A stretch of DNA of 64,000 nt, taken from an uncultured Verrucomicrobiae bacterium. GTDB lineage: Bacteria; Chlamydiota; Chlamydiia; Chlamydiales; Rhabdochlamydiaceae. The stretch is from contig CAWDYW010000001.1 of the NCBI GenBank assembly GCA_963806855.1, positions 1,280,001-1,344,000 of the forward strand, written 5' to 3'. A program made the position numbers and the translations under genes. The notes beneath the pieces are model-generated. The model saw nothing but the letters and a program-made list of their open reading frames with translations, was not told where the DNA came from and did no database searches. Of the stretch, positions 9,165 through 18,298 are shown piece after piece (position 1 is the first letter of the stretch; every line of letters begins with the position of its first letter).

Positions 9165-10754
9165 ATGCGATTACTAATACCCTTATGCCTAGCACTTTTA
9201 GCTCTCGGTGGCTGTAAGAAAAAAATGAGCCCAATCGATGAGAATAAGCAGATTTTGAGGCTCAATATCCATACTGAGCCCCCCACTCTTGACGCCCGGA
9301 AAGCGACCGACACCTCTTCGATCGGGGTGATCCACATGTGCTTTGAGGGGCTTTTGAAGCGGGGCAGAGGGGGAGAAATCCAGCCTGCGATTGCACAAGA
9401 AGTCAAAATTTCTGATGATAAAAAAATTTATACATTCATCCTCCGGCCAGCAAAATGGTGGGATGGCAAGCCGGTCACCGCCCGAGATTTCGAGATGACT
9501 TGGAAGACAATTCTCGATCCGAAATTTCCTTCCGGCTTTGCCCATGACCTGTATGTCTTGAAGAATGGACATGAGGCGAGAATGGGGAATGTTCCTCTCG
9601 AAGCAGTAGGAGTAAAAGCGCTCGATGCAAGGACCCTTCAGGTTGAGCTGGAGCATCCAATCCCCTATTTTATGGATCTAGTTGCCTCGCACTCTTTTTT
9701 AGCCGTGCCGCAACATATTACGTCGATCGACCCTAAATGGGCTGATGGAAGCGGTCCCCATTTTGTCGGCAACGGCCCCTATAAATTGGCAAAGTGGAAA
9801 CATCACAATTTTATCCGGCTCGAAAAAAATGATCAGTATTGGGATCAAGAAACGGTCACTCTGACAGAGATCGACATGAGCATTATCGAAGATTCGACCA
9901 CTGAGCTTAATATGTTTGAAGCAGGAGAACTCGATTGGGCTGGATATCCTCTCTCTCAATTGCCCACTGACGCGCTCCAAGCATTGTCGAGTAATGGCCG
10001 TCTTCAGTCTTATCCTTTATCGGGCACCTATTACTACGTTTTTAATACCAAGGTTCCCCCATTTGACAACCTCAATTTACGTAAGGCCTTTGCTCTAGCA
10101 ATCAACAGGACCGCAATTATTCAAAACATTACTCAGTCAGACCAGACTCCAGCGACAAGCCTAATCCCCCCGACTATCTGGAAAGTGGATAGCTATTTTA
10201 GAGATAATGACGTTGAAGAGGCCCGCCGCCTATTTGCAATCGCGTTAAAGGAAATGGGATGTACTCCTGAGACGCTCCCTAGAATCACTTTAATTTACAA
10301 TTCCTGTGAAAACCACCACAAAATTGCCCAGGCGATTCAAGAGCAGTGGTTCCAGGCATTTGGAATCCGGGTCAAATTGGCCAACAAAGAATGGAAAGTG
10401 TTTCTCGATGAGCTTTCCCACAAGCAATTTCAGGTAGCACGAATGGGAGGAATTGCTGGCTTTAATGACCCAATAACCTTTTTTGACCAGTACAAATATC
10501 CTAATAGCACAAATTATACAGGATGGAGCAATCCTCAATTCACTGCACTTTTGGAGAAAGCTGAACGGACCGCAATCCCTGAGGAACGGGAGAAGCTGAT
10601 GCGAGAGGCTGAGAGAATTTTCATTTCTGAAATGCCGATCGTACCGATTTACTATTATACTGGAACTTATATCAAAAAGAATTATGTTAAAGGGATTGAA
10701 TTAACAGAATTTAGCCATGGCGATTTTAAATTTGCCTTTTTAGAGGCGCAATGA
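9165..10754 (+). CDS. oppA: oligopeptide ABC transporter substrate-binding lipoprotein
   Basis: lipobox LGGC, EPPTLD, WWDGKPVTARDF, VGNGPYKL; first gene of opp operon. Confidence 0.93.
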   Translation: MRLLIPLCLALLALGGCKKKMSPIDENKQILRLNIHTEPPTLDARKATDTSSIGVIHMCFEGLLKRGRGGEIQPAIAQEVKISDDKKIYTFILRPAKWWDGKPVTARDFEMTWKTILDPKFPSGFAHDLYVLKNGHEARMGNVPLEAVGVKALDARTLQVELEHPIPYFMDLVASHSFLAVPQHITSIDPKWADGSGPHFVGNGPYKLAKWKHHNFIRLEKNDQYWDQETVTLTEIDMSIIEDSTTELNMFEAGELDWAGYPLSQLPTDALQALSSNGRLQSYPLSGTYYYVFNTKVPPFDNLNLRKAFALAINRTAIIQNITQSDQTPATSLIPPTIWKVDSYFRDNDVEEARRLFAIALKEMGCTPETLPRITLIYNSCENHHKIAQAIQEQWFQAFGIRVKLANKEWKVFLDELSHKQFQVARMGGIAGFNDPITFFDQYKYPNSTNYTGWSNPQFTALLEKAERTAIPEEREKLMREAERIFISEMPIVPIYYYTGTYIKKNYVKGIELTEFSHGDFKFAFLEAQ

Positions 10755-11686
10755 CCCAGTTTTTACTGAAGAAAATCTTTATCCTAATCGTCTCACTCTT
10801 CGTGGTGGCAACCCTCACCTTTGCCCTCATGCAGATGATTCCTGGCGATCCTTTCACACAAGAAAAAGCGGTGCCAGAAGAGATTCTCAAAGCGATGTAC
10901 CGGCACTATGGTCTCGATCAACCTTGGTATGTCCAATACTGGCGTTACATTAAGGGGCTCGTCACTTTCGACCTGGGGCCCTCGTTTAAATACCAAGGAC
11001 GGACCGTCAGCGAGATCATTCGGGAGGGATTCCCCGTCTCGATGACCCTTGGACTTGAGGCTCTGCTGCTGTCGGTCTTTGCTGGAATTGGCCTCGGATG
11101 CATCGCATCGCTCAAGCACGCAAAATGGCAAGACCACTTCACGATGGTCATAGCAGTGCTCGGCATCTCGGTTCCAAGTTTCATTTTGGCCACCTTCCTC
11201 CAATATTTCTTTGCAATGAAGCTCGATCTGTTGCCCGTTGCCCGCTGGGGCAGTTTCGACCATTCCATTTTGCCTGCTCTTGCATTAGCTGCTCTGCCGA
11301 CCGCCTTTATCGCCCGTCTAACCCGTTCGAATATGGTCGAGATCATGCAGCAAGACTATATCCAAACAGCCCAATCAAAGGGACTCAATTCCTTCCAAAT
11401 CATCTTCCGCCACTGCCTGCGCAACGCCCTCTTGCCGATCGTCACCTACTTAGGCCCTTTAACGACCGCGATCCTCACCGGAAGCTTTGCAGTGGAAAAA
11501 ATTTTCGGAATTCCTGGCCTTGGCCAATGGTTTGTCATGAGCATCACCAACCGCGATTACACAGTGATCATGGGGACAACGGTATTTTATAGTGCGATTT
11601 TGATGTTGAGCGTATTTCTAGTGGATGTTCTCTATTGCTTCATCGATCCCCGCATTAAACTGATAGATAGAAAAGTGCGAGTATGA
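10751..11686 (+). CDS. oppB: oligopeptide ABC transporter permease
   Basis: IPGDPF, DLGPSF, EAA loop DYIQTAQSKG, IDPRI. Confidence 0.95.
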   Translation: MTQFLLKKIFILIVSLFVVATLTFALMQMIPGDPFTQEKAVPEEILKAMYRHYGLDQPWYVQYWRYIKGLVTFDLGPSFKYQGRTVSEIIREGFPVSMTLGLEALLLSVFAGIGLGCIASLKHAKWQDHFTMVIAVLGISVPSFILATFLQYFFAMKLDLLPVARWGSFDHSILPALALAALPTAFIARLTRSNMVEIMQQDYIQTAQSKGLNSFQIIFRHCLRNALLPIVTYLGPLTTAILTGSFAVEKIFGIPGLGQWFVMSITNRDYTVIMGTTVFYSAILMLSVFLVDVLYCFIDPRIKLIDRKVRV

Positions 11687-12600
11687 CTAAGAAAGTTCCC
11701 CAGATTCTTGAATCCATTGACGGCTCGATTCGTTTCAACCCGAATATCTCGGCAGAACACTTTAACTATTGGCAAGATAGCTGGCGACGCCTTAAAACCA
11801 ACAAGATGGCGATGATCGGCTTTTATGCCCTCGTCGTCTTAATCTTCATGGCGATTGTTGGCCCCTTCCTCACCCCGTATACCTACTACGAGACCCATCT
11901 CCATCTGAAAAATTCCTCACCATCGACCCAATTTTGGTTTGGTACCGATGAGCTAGGGCGCGATTTGTTTACCCGCGTTTGGTGGGGAGCCCGGATCTCG
12001 CTGCTCGTTGGGATCGCCGCTTCGCTGATCGACCTAGTCATCGGCGTCTTTTATGGATCGCTAGCAGCCTCTTTTGGTGGCAAGATCGAAGAGCTCATGA
12101 TGCGGGTGGCCGATATTCTCTATTCTATCCCCTATTTGCTTGTTGTGATTCTGCTCATGGTCGTGATCGGCTCGGGGATTGGCACGATTATCCTCGCTTT
12201 GACCATCACCGGTTGGATCAGCATGGCCCGTATCGTCCGTGGGCAAATTCTTCAACTTAAAGAGCTCGATTTCGTCAAAGCGGCCCACAGCCTTGGCGCC
12301 TCCCGCCTGCGCATTTTGTGGCGTCACTTGATCCCGAATGCCATCGGCTCGATCATCATCACAGTGACCCTCACCATCCCGACTGCGATTTTCGCCGAAG
12401 CCTTTCTCAGCTTCTTGGGACTCGGTGTGCAAGCGCCGATTGCCAGCTGGGGCACCATGGCTAACGATGGCCTGCCGGCGCTCCGCTACTACCCGTGGCG
12501 CCTCTTTTTTCCTGCCGGATTCATCAGCATCACCATGCTCAGCTTCAATCTCCTCGGAGATGGATTGCGCGACGCCTTTGACCCGAGGTTGCGTATATGA
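11683..12600 (+). CDS. oppC: oligopeptide ABC transporter permease
   Basis: WFGTDELGRD, AFLSFLGLG, GDGLRDAFDPR. Confidence 0.95.
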   Translation: MTKKVPQILESIDGSIRFNPNISAEHFNYWQDSWRRLKTNKMAMIGFYALVVLIFMAIVGPFLTPYTYYETHLHLKNSSPSTQFWFGTDELGRDLFTRVWWGARISLLVGIAASLIDLVIGVFYGSLAASFGGKIEELMMRVADILYSIPYLLVVILLMVVIGSGIGTIILALTITGWISMARIVRGQILQLKELDFVKAAHSLGASRLRILWRHLIPNAIGSIIITVTLTIPTAIFAEAFLSFLGLGVQAPIASWGTMANDGLPALRYYPWRLFFPAGFISITMLSFNLLGDGLRDAFDPRLRI

Positions 12601-13583
12601 CTCCCCTTCTTTCGGTTAAAGACCTCCACGTCACTTTCAAAGTGCAAAAACAGCTGCTCCAGGCTGTGCGGGGAGTCACTTTTAACCTCTATGAAGAGGA
12701 GATTCTCGGCATCGTCGGTGAGTCGGGCTGCGGGAAAAGCGCGACTGCCAAAGCGCTCGTCCGCCTTCTGCCAGCCCATTCGAGCATTATCTCTGGTGAG
12801 GTGATCTACAAAGGGGAAAATCTCCTTTCCTACGACGATCGGAAGATGCAAAAAGTCCGAGGAAAAGAGCTCGGCATGATCTTCCAAGATCCAATGACCT
12901 CTCTCAATCCAACGATGAAAATTGGGGATCAGATCATCGAAGGCTATCTGCACCATACCAAAAACACCACTCAAAAAGAGGCCAAGGCCTATGCGATCCA
13001 ACTCCTTGAACTGGTCGGAATCCCCCAAGCTTTCACCAGGATCGACCAATACCCCCATACCTTAAGCGGCGGGATGCGTCAACGGGTGATGATCGCCCTT
13101 GCGCTCGCTGCGAAGCCCAAAATCATCATCGCCGACGAACCGACCACTGCGCTTGACGTCACCATCCAGGCCCAAATTCTCGACCTGATGCAAGAGATAA
13201 AGAGGAAAACGGGGACCAGCTTCATCCTGATAACCCACGACATGAGCGTTGTCGCGGGCTATTGCGATAGGGTCCTGGTGATGTATTCGGGCAAAGTGAT
13301 CGAAAAAGCCACGGTTGAGCAGCTCTTTGCCAGCCCCACCCATCCCTACACTCAAGGACTGCTCCAATCGATTCCCCGACTTGATATGTCTCCCGATCAG
13401 CCGCTCATCCCGATCGAGGGATCCCCTCCCAGTGCGATGGAATTGATCTCCGGCTGTGCTTTCTGCAGTCGCTGTAAATATGCAACGGATACCTGCAAGA
13501 AAGAAGATCCCCGCTTGAGAGAGATAAAGCAAGGGCACTTGCTCGCCTGCTGGAATAGAGGAATTGATGGAACCGTTAATTAA
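12597..13583 (+). CDS. oppD: oligopeptide ABC transporter ATPase
   Basis: GESGCGKS, LSGGMRQR, ADEPTTALD, HPYT. Confidence 0.95.
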   Translation: MTPLLSVKDLHVTFKVQKQLLQAVRGVTFNLYEEEILGIVGESGCGKSATAKALVRLLPAHSSIISGEVIYKGENLLSYDDRKMQKVRGKELGMIFQDPMTSLNPTMKIGDQIIEGYLHHTKNTTQKEAKAYAIQLLELVGIPQAFTRIDQYPHTLSGGMRQRVMIALALAAKPKIIIADEPTTALDVTIQAQILDLMQEIKRKTGTSFILITHDMSVVAGYCDRVLVMYSGKVIEKATVEQLFASPTHPYTQGLLQSIPRLDMSPDQPLIPIEGSPPSAMELISGCAFCSRCKYATDTCKKEDPRLREIKQGHLLACWNRGIDGTVN

Positions 13584-14574
13584 GATTCGCAACCTCAAGA
13601 AGTACTACAGCCAAGATAGCAAGATCGTTAAAGCTATCGACGGCATCTCGCTTGATATTTTTCCTGGAGAGACCCTCGGACTTGTCGGTGAGAGCGGTTG
13701 TGGAAAATCGACAGTCGCTCGCTGCCTCCTAGGACTCTCCTCTCTCACAAGCGGCACAATCGAATTCGAGGGGAAATCGATCCCCGACCTGAAAGGAAAA
13801 GAGCTCAAAGCATTCCGTCGGCAGGCTGGAATGATCTTCCAAGACCCCTACGCTTCACTCAACCCACGGATGACCGCTGGCGATATCATCGCTGAGCCCC
13901 TCGAAATCCATAAACTCATTAAAGGGGAAGCGAAACAAAAACGGATCGAAGAGCTCCTCGGCCTAGTTGGCTTGCCTCTGGGAAGCGTTTCGCGCTATCC
14001 CCACGAGTTTAGCGGCGGCCAAAAACAGCGGATCGGCATCGCCCGCGCCCTCTCCATGCACCCCCGCTTCATCATCTGCGATGAACCGATCTCAGCTCTC
14101 GACGTCTCAGTTCAGGCCCAAATCATCAACCTGCTAAAAAAATTGCAGAAAGAGATCGGCCTCACCTACCTCTTCATCGCCCACGATTTGCGCATTGTGA
14201 AATATCTCTCCACCCGCGTTGCTGTTATGTATTTGGGGCAGATTATGGAGATCTCCTCCTCGGAAGCCTTATATAAGAATCCGCTCCACCCCTATACCCA
14301 AGCCCTCCTGTCGTCTATCCCGATTCCCGACCCCGCAATTGAAAGATCACGCAAGAGAATCATATTGCGCGGCGAAGTGCCCAGCCCGCTTACCCCCCCC
14401 AAGGGATGTCCCTTCGTCACCCGCTGCCCGCACGCCACCCCCACCTGCCACTACGTCCGTCCCGAACTCAAAGAGATCAACCCCGGCCACCTCGCCGCCT
14501 GCCATCTCTTGAAAGGGATCGATCCATCACCTCTGGTCCAAATCCAACCAACAACTGAAACAGCCGTCGAATAG
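13564..14574 (+). CDS. oppF: oligopeptide ABC transporter ATPase
   Basis: GESGCGKS, YPHEFSGGQKQR, CDEPISALDVS, HPYT. Confidence 0.95.
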   Translation: MMEPLIKIRNLKKYYSQDSKIVKAIDGISLDIFPGETLGLVGESGCGKSTVARCLLGLSSLTSGTIEFEGKSIPDLKGKELKAFRRQAGMIFQDPYASLNPRMTAGDIIAEPLEIHKLIKGEAKQKRIEELLGLVGLPLGSVSRYPHEFSGGQKQRIGIARALSMHPRFIICDEPISALDVSVQAQIINLLKKLQKEIGLTYLFIAHDLRIVKYLSTRVAVMYLGQIMEISSSEALYKNPLHPYTQALLSSIPIPDPAIERSRKRIILRGEVPSPLTPPKGCPFVTRCPHATPTCHYVRPELKEINPGHLAACHLLKGIDPSPLVQIQPTTETAVE

Positions 14575-14607
14575 CCCATAAGTCGGCACATGTTATTTGG
14601 GTTACTT

Positions 14608-14875
14608 GGGAACGTCTCAGAAAACGGAAAAAAATCGTACCCAAAGACTCGGGCAATGATCGTTGCAGCCTAAACTTGCCTGCATGGAATCCGGCAATTT
14701 GAGATGCGCTACCAATTCCTTGTATTATCGAGGAGGGTCATGGGGCAATGCGTTACTGCAATACCAGTCGCCTCTGAGCCCGGAACACATCAACCTAACT
14801 GGCGACTATCTCTGGCATGGCGGTACCGAGGTCGGTGTCTTAGCATAAGATTTTTTACAAATTCTAGACGACCCA
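14608..14875 (+). mobile_element. Tn3-derived miniature inverted-repeat element (~268 bp), decayed
   Basis: left IR GGGAACGTCTCAGAAAACGGAAAAAAATCGTACCCAAAG resembles Tn21/Tn501-type 38-bp IRs; decayed right IR CTTAGCATAAGATTTTTTACAAATTCTAGACGACCCA; interior encodes Tn3 TnpA C-terminus-like LLQYQSPLSPEHINLTGDYLW. Confidence 0.8.
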
Positions 14876-14964
14876 GAAAGAATGCCCCGCGGTAAGGCTC
14901 AATTTCGTGTGAGTCGCTTCCTTCAGGACTTGCAAACTATAATACATTGGTTATTAGGCAGTTA
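14782..14964 (+). repeat. left copy of ~180-bp direct repeat bounding the island
   Basis: near-identical to 21685-21867. Confidence 0.95.
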
Positions 14965-15099
14965 TACAAAGATATATTATCAGACGCTGAATGGATATGT
15001 CGAACGAGAGAAGGCTTATCCAGGAACCATAACTACAATCACTTTGAATTAATACTTTACAGCGCTAACATACTCCTTTTCTCAAAAGGAAGGATCTCT

Positions 15100-16344
15100 A
15101 TGTTATTGGGAAAGCCCTGGGAGACTGTATCTGCCACAGATTTAGAACGCCTAGTCGAAGAAGGTATTCATGAAGGGGTTCGGCTCGATTTTAATCGGGC
15201 ATTCCCCACAAAAAAACCTCAACCAGATCCTACTTCGACTAAAACCTCTCCGGCTGAAGAATGGCTTGGAATCTGTAAAGTAGCAGCGGCTTTTGCCAAT
15301 ACAAAGGGGGGAATTCTTGCGGTAGGCATAGATGAAGAAAACGGAATAGCTACAGGGATAGAAGGCATTGAAATAATCGATTGGGAAAGACTCCGTCAAG
15401 AAATACTGCAAAAGCTAAGAAGTAACATTTCACCGCCTCTAAATGACCCATATTTATTCAATGTCCTTTTGCCTTCTGGGAAAAGTGTAGTAATAATAGA
15501 AATCGCTTCATCTTTAAGAGCTCCTCATTTAGTTCGGGTCAACACAGGGATTAACGTATTTTACAAGCGAATAGAGGCCAGGGTCATCGACATGAGTATC
15601 GAGGAAATTCGAGAAGCGTTTTCAAAAATAGAGACCTGGAAAGAAAAAGCAGAGGCTTTGAGAATCGAGAGAATTAATCTGTCCTTTTCTGATGATGCCG
15701 GACCTTTTGCTCTTTCTCCTCCCGCTTTTTTCTTCCATCTAATTCCCCTGGGGCCTCGAGATCAGACCCTGCAATTCGGAAATAGCGATGTGCGGGGTGA
15801 ATTCTCCTCAACGGTTACAGAATGTGAGAAAAAAAATGGGGGAAAGCTTTTTTATCCCCCAGAGAAATTATGTTTTGAGGGACTCCTTTTTAAAAGAGAA
15901 CTTTCTGACGAACATGTTCAACATCTTTTAATTGGTCGTGATGGCGCAATTGAATTAGCTGGTCATTGCGGGGACTTTCAAGAGGAAACAGTACTTGCTC
16001 AAGTTGCTTGGGAAAAGACCGGGCTTGATTTTCTTGCTCATATTTTGCCTCTTCTCCTTAAACACGAGATATACCCTCCCTTCTTGCTTTGTTACTCTAT
16101 CGTTGGAGTAAAAAACCGGAAGCTTAGGATTAGATACCCCATTCCAATCATCGGAGAGTCCGTTACTCGAACCGGATTGTCTCGTGATAAATACCTTTTA
16201 CCAGCCGTGTACATAGACTCACTACCATCCGCAAGAGATAGCAAAATTCTGCTGGAGAACCTTAAACAACTCTACCAACCCTTTTTTGATATGATCTGGA
16301 ACGATGTCGGCAGAGAACACTCCCCCAATGTTTTAACTCATTGA
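15100..16344 (+). CDS. Schlafen/AlbA_2-domain protein with uncharacterised C-terminal domain
   Basis: EGVRLDFNR...ICKVAAAFANTKGGILAVGIDE, APH..FYKR; ATG at 15100 preferred over 14947. Confidence 0.85.
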   Translation: MLLGKPWETVSATDLERLVEEGIHEGVRLDFNRAFPTKKPQPDPTSTKTSPAEEWLGICKVAAAFANTKGGILAVGIDEENGIATGIEGIEIIDWERLRQEILQKLRSNISPPLNDPYLFNVLLPSGKSVVIIEIASSLRAPHLVRVNTGINVFYKRIEARVIDMSIEEIREAFSKIETWKEKAEALRIERINLSFSDDAGPFALSPPAFFFHLIPLGPRDQTLQFGNSDVRGEFSSTVTECEKKNGGKLFYPPEKLCFEGLLFKRELSDEHVQHLLIGRDGAIELAGHCGDFQEETVLAQVAWEKTGLDFLAHILPLLLKHEIYPPFLLCYSIVGVKNRKLRIRYPIPIIGESVTRTGLSRDKYLLPAVYIDSLPSARDSKILLENLKQLYQPFFDMIWNDVGREHSPNVLTH

Positions 16345-16385
16345 ATAGAGATGTAGGGATCTAGGGACGGCCGAGAAAGGATCTT

Positions 16386-18254
16386 TCAATAGCCTGAGCC
16401 ATTCCTTCCCCAAGCGTCCCATATCCATCCAGGAAGGGACTCGTATTTTTCTTTCTCTTCTATCGACAAGGTCCCTGCCTTCTTTTTTTGACGAATTCTT
16501 GAAACATGTAACCCCAGTGAAACGCCATCTTCGATATGTTTAATAGGCGGACAGGCGTTGTTTGTTCGAGCAACGTATTTCAGCAAAGCGGGATAATAAG
16601 GATCTTCGGGATCCTTAAAAAACCCTGGGGCTAAATTTTCTATAACAACTTTAGAATCAATTGAAGAAGGGTACTTCTCAAAACCCTCAAGAACTCTTCT
16701 CTTCAACTCACGAATATTCTTAGGCAAATCTTGAATGAATGGTCCATTTTTCTCAAAGTAAGAAATCAGTTCTTTTATTTTTTGAATATGAGCAGCTTCA
16801 AAAGCATGCCATGCCCACTTATCACCCAATCCATTTAGATACTCTAAAACAGGTTTTTCTAACCTTTCCCGACTTCCTCGTAAATCCGAAATTTTCTGGC
16901 CTAATAAACAACCATCGGGGGTGACATAATCTTGAGGAACTAAAGCATCCCCATTCTTCTCGATATATGATTCAATTTGCGGCTTAATCTCCCTAAAGAA
17001 TACTCGGACTTGATGGGGGTCAAAGAAAAGAGGATCGATTGCAATCAGTCGCGCTTTGTAGAGATCATTAATTTTCTTACCGCCTCTTAGTTTCTTATAC
17101 CACTCGGCTAGGTCAAAATCCCCTATTCGACAAATTTCAGGGATCAACCTTACTCCGCCCTTTTCCACAAATTGAGTGTAGCAATCTAGGCCGTCTTGAA
17201 GATATTTGGCATTTTCTGCCTTGAGATCTCTTAACTCCTTTCGGAAGTTAGGGATACTCATAATCTGCGCTAAAAACTCCCCATCAACAGACTCGGGATG
17301 ATTTTTAATCTTATTTCGGAGATTATCCAATCGGATTATATACTTTTCTCCGAGGTGGAAAACAGTTTCCTTGTGCTCCGATTTGGGCACTGTAGTCTTT
17401 TCGCGCGCAGCGAATTGGGTCATGGCCTTTAAAGCCGCAATATTCCATTCTTTTTCAGCGGAGAGGATAAACCCATGACCTAGAAGGCTCGTTTTCTGCT
17501 TTTCGGTAAGGAGCTCCCATTCTTCCTTCTTACGAATGTGCTGTATCCATGAACCGAGATTATATCCGTCTTCTGTAACATAAGTATTGGGAATAAGTTT
17601 TGTGCCGAGTGCTTTGGATTCCTTGGCAAACATCTCGATCCATTCATCAATGGACTGGCTATTATTTCTTACGAACTTTTTGGGATTAAAACCAGGGAGT
17701 TTATGCAAAAGTTCTCTTTTTTCTGGTGATAGAGAGTCGTAGTTCTTCTTTTGGTCGTTTAACCAAGACCCCAGCTTCACTATTCTCCCTTCCACCGTCT
17801 GTTGGTAATTTTTAGGGATCCTGCAGTTACCATGCAATTTTGCATATTCCACAGCTAATCCATAATGGAAATTCCAGCGGATGGATAACTCTTCCCCATG
17901 AGACCGAATCGCATCCCTCAGTTGTTGTAAAGTATCGATGCCACAAGCGTCGCTTGTGTATCTGAGAAATCCATCCAGTGGATGGGTATTCCGGATAATA
18001 CTGATATCGATACATTCAACTTTAATACCCTGCATGTGAAGAGTTTGGCGAACCATCATGCCATAAATTTTATCTGCGATTTCTTGCGCTCGATCAGAAC
18101 CTGTCAGGTTCTCAATAATTGGGATAAATTCTTTTTGAAAGTCCTCATAAACAGAAGCAATATCCCTATTCTCTTTTTTGGCTTCAGCGCTAATTTTGGT
18201 TACAAGTCTATGGCCTTCCTCGATTAAAGATTGAGCAGTTGATTCATCGGGCAC
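16386..18254 (-). CDS. helicase-associated (HA) repeat protein; probably C-terminal half of the upstream helicase
   Basis: repeated HA motif e.g. WNFHYGLAVEYAKLHGNCRIPKNY..KLGSWLNDQK; frame stays open upstream to the A9 run at 18304-18312. Confidence 0.8.
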   Translation of the reverse strand: MPDESTAQSLIEEGHRLVTKISAEAKKENRDIASVYEDFQKEFIPIIENLTGSDRAQEIADKIYGMMVRQTLHMQGIKVECIDISIIRNTHPLDGFLRYTSDACGIDTLQQLRDAIRSHGEELSIRWNFHYGLAVEYAKLHGNCRIPKNYQQTVEGRIVKLGSWLNDQKKNYDSLSPEKRELLHKLPGFNPKKFVRNNSQSIDEWIEMFAKESKALGTKLIPNTYVTEDGYNLGSWIQHIRKKEEWELLTEKQKTSLLGHGFILSAEKEWNIAALKAMTQFAAREKTTVPKSEHKETVFHLGEKYIIRLDNLRNKIKNHPESVDGEFLAQIMSIPNFRKELRDLKAENAKYLQDGLDCYTQFVEKGGVRLIPEICRIGDFDLAEWYKKLRGGKKINDLYKARLIAIDPLFFDPHQVRVFFREIKPQIESYIEKNGDALVPQDYVTPDGCLLGQKISDLRGSRERLEKPVLEYLNGLGDKWAWHAFEAAHIQKIKELISYFEKNGPFIQDLPKNIRELKRRVLEGFEKYPSSIDSKVVIENLAPGFFKDPEDPYYPALLKYVARTNNACPPIKHIEDGVSLGLHVSRIRQKKKAGTLSIEEKEKYESLPGWIWDAWGRNGSGY

Positions 18255-18298
18255 AAGATCATTTAGTCTGGAAAAAACTCCCCCTTCTCTGTCAGCTT

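Noticed and set aside
14663..14895. Short ORFs here and at 21583-21798 as functional genes
   Set aside because: Frames of decayed Tn3 transposase tail and IR
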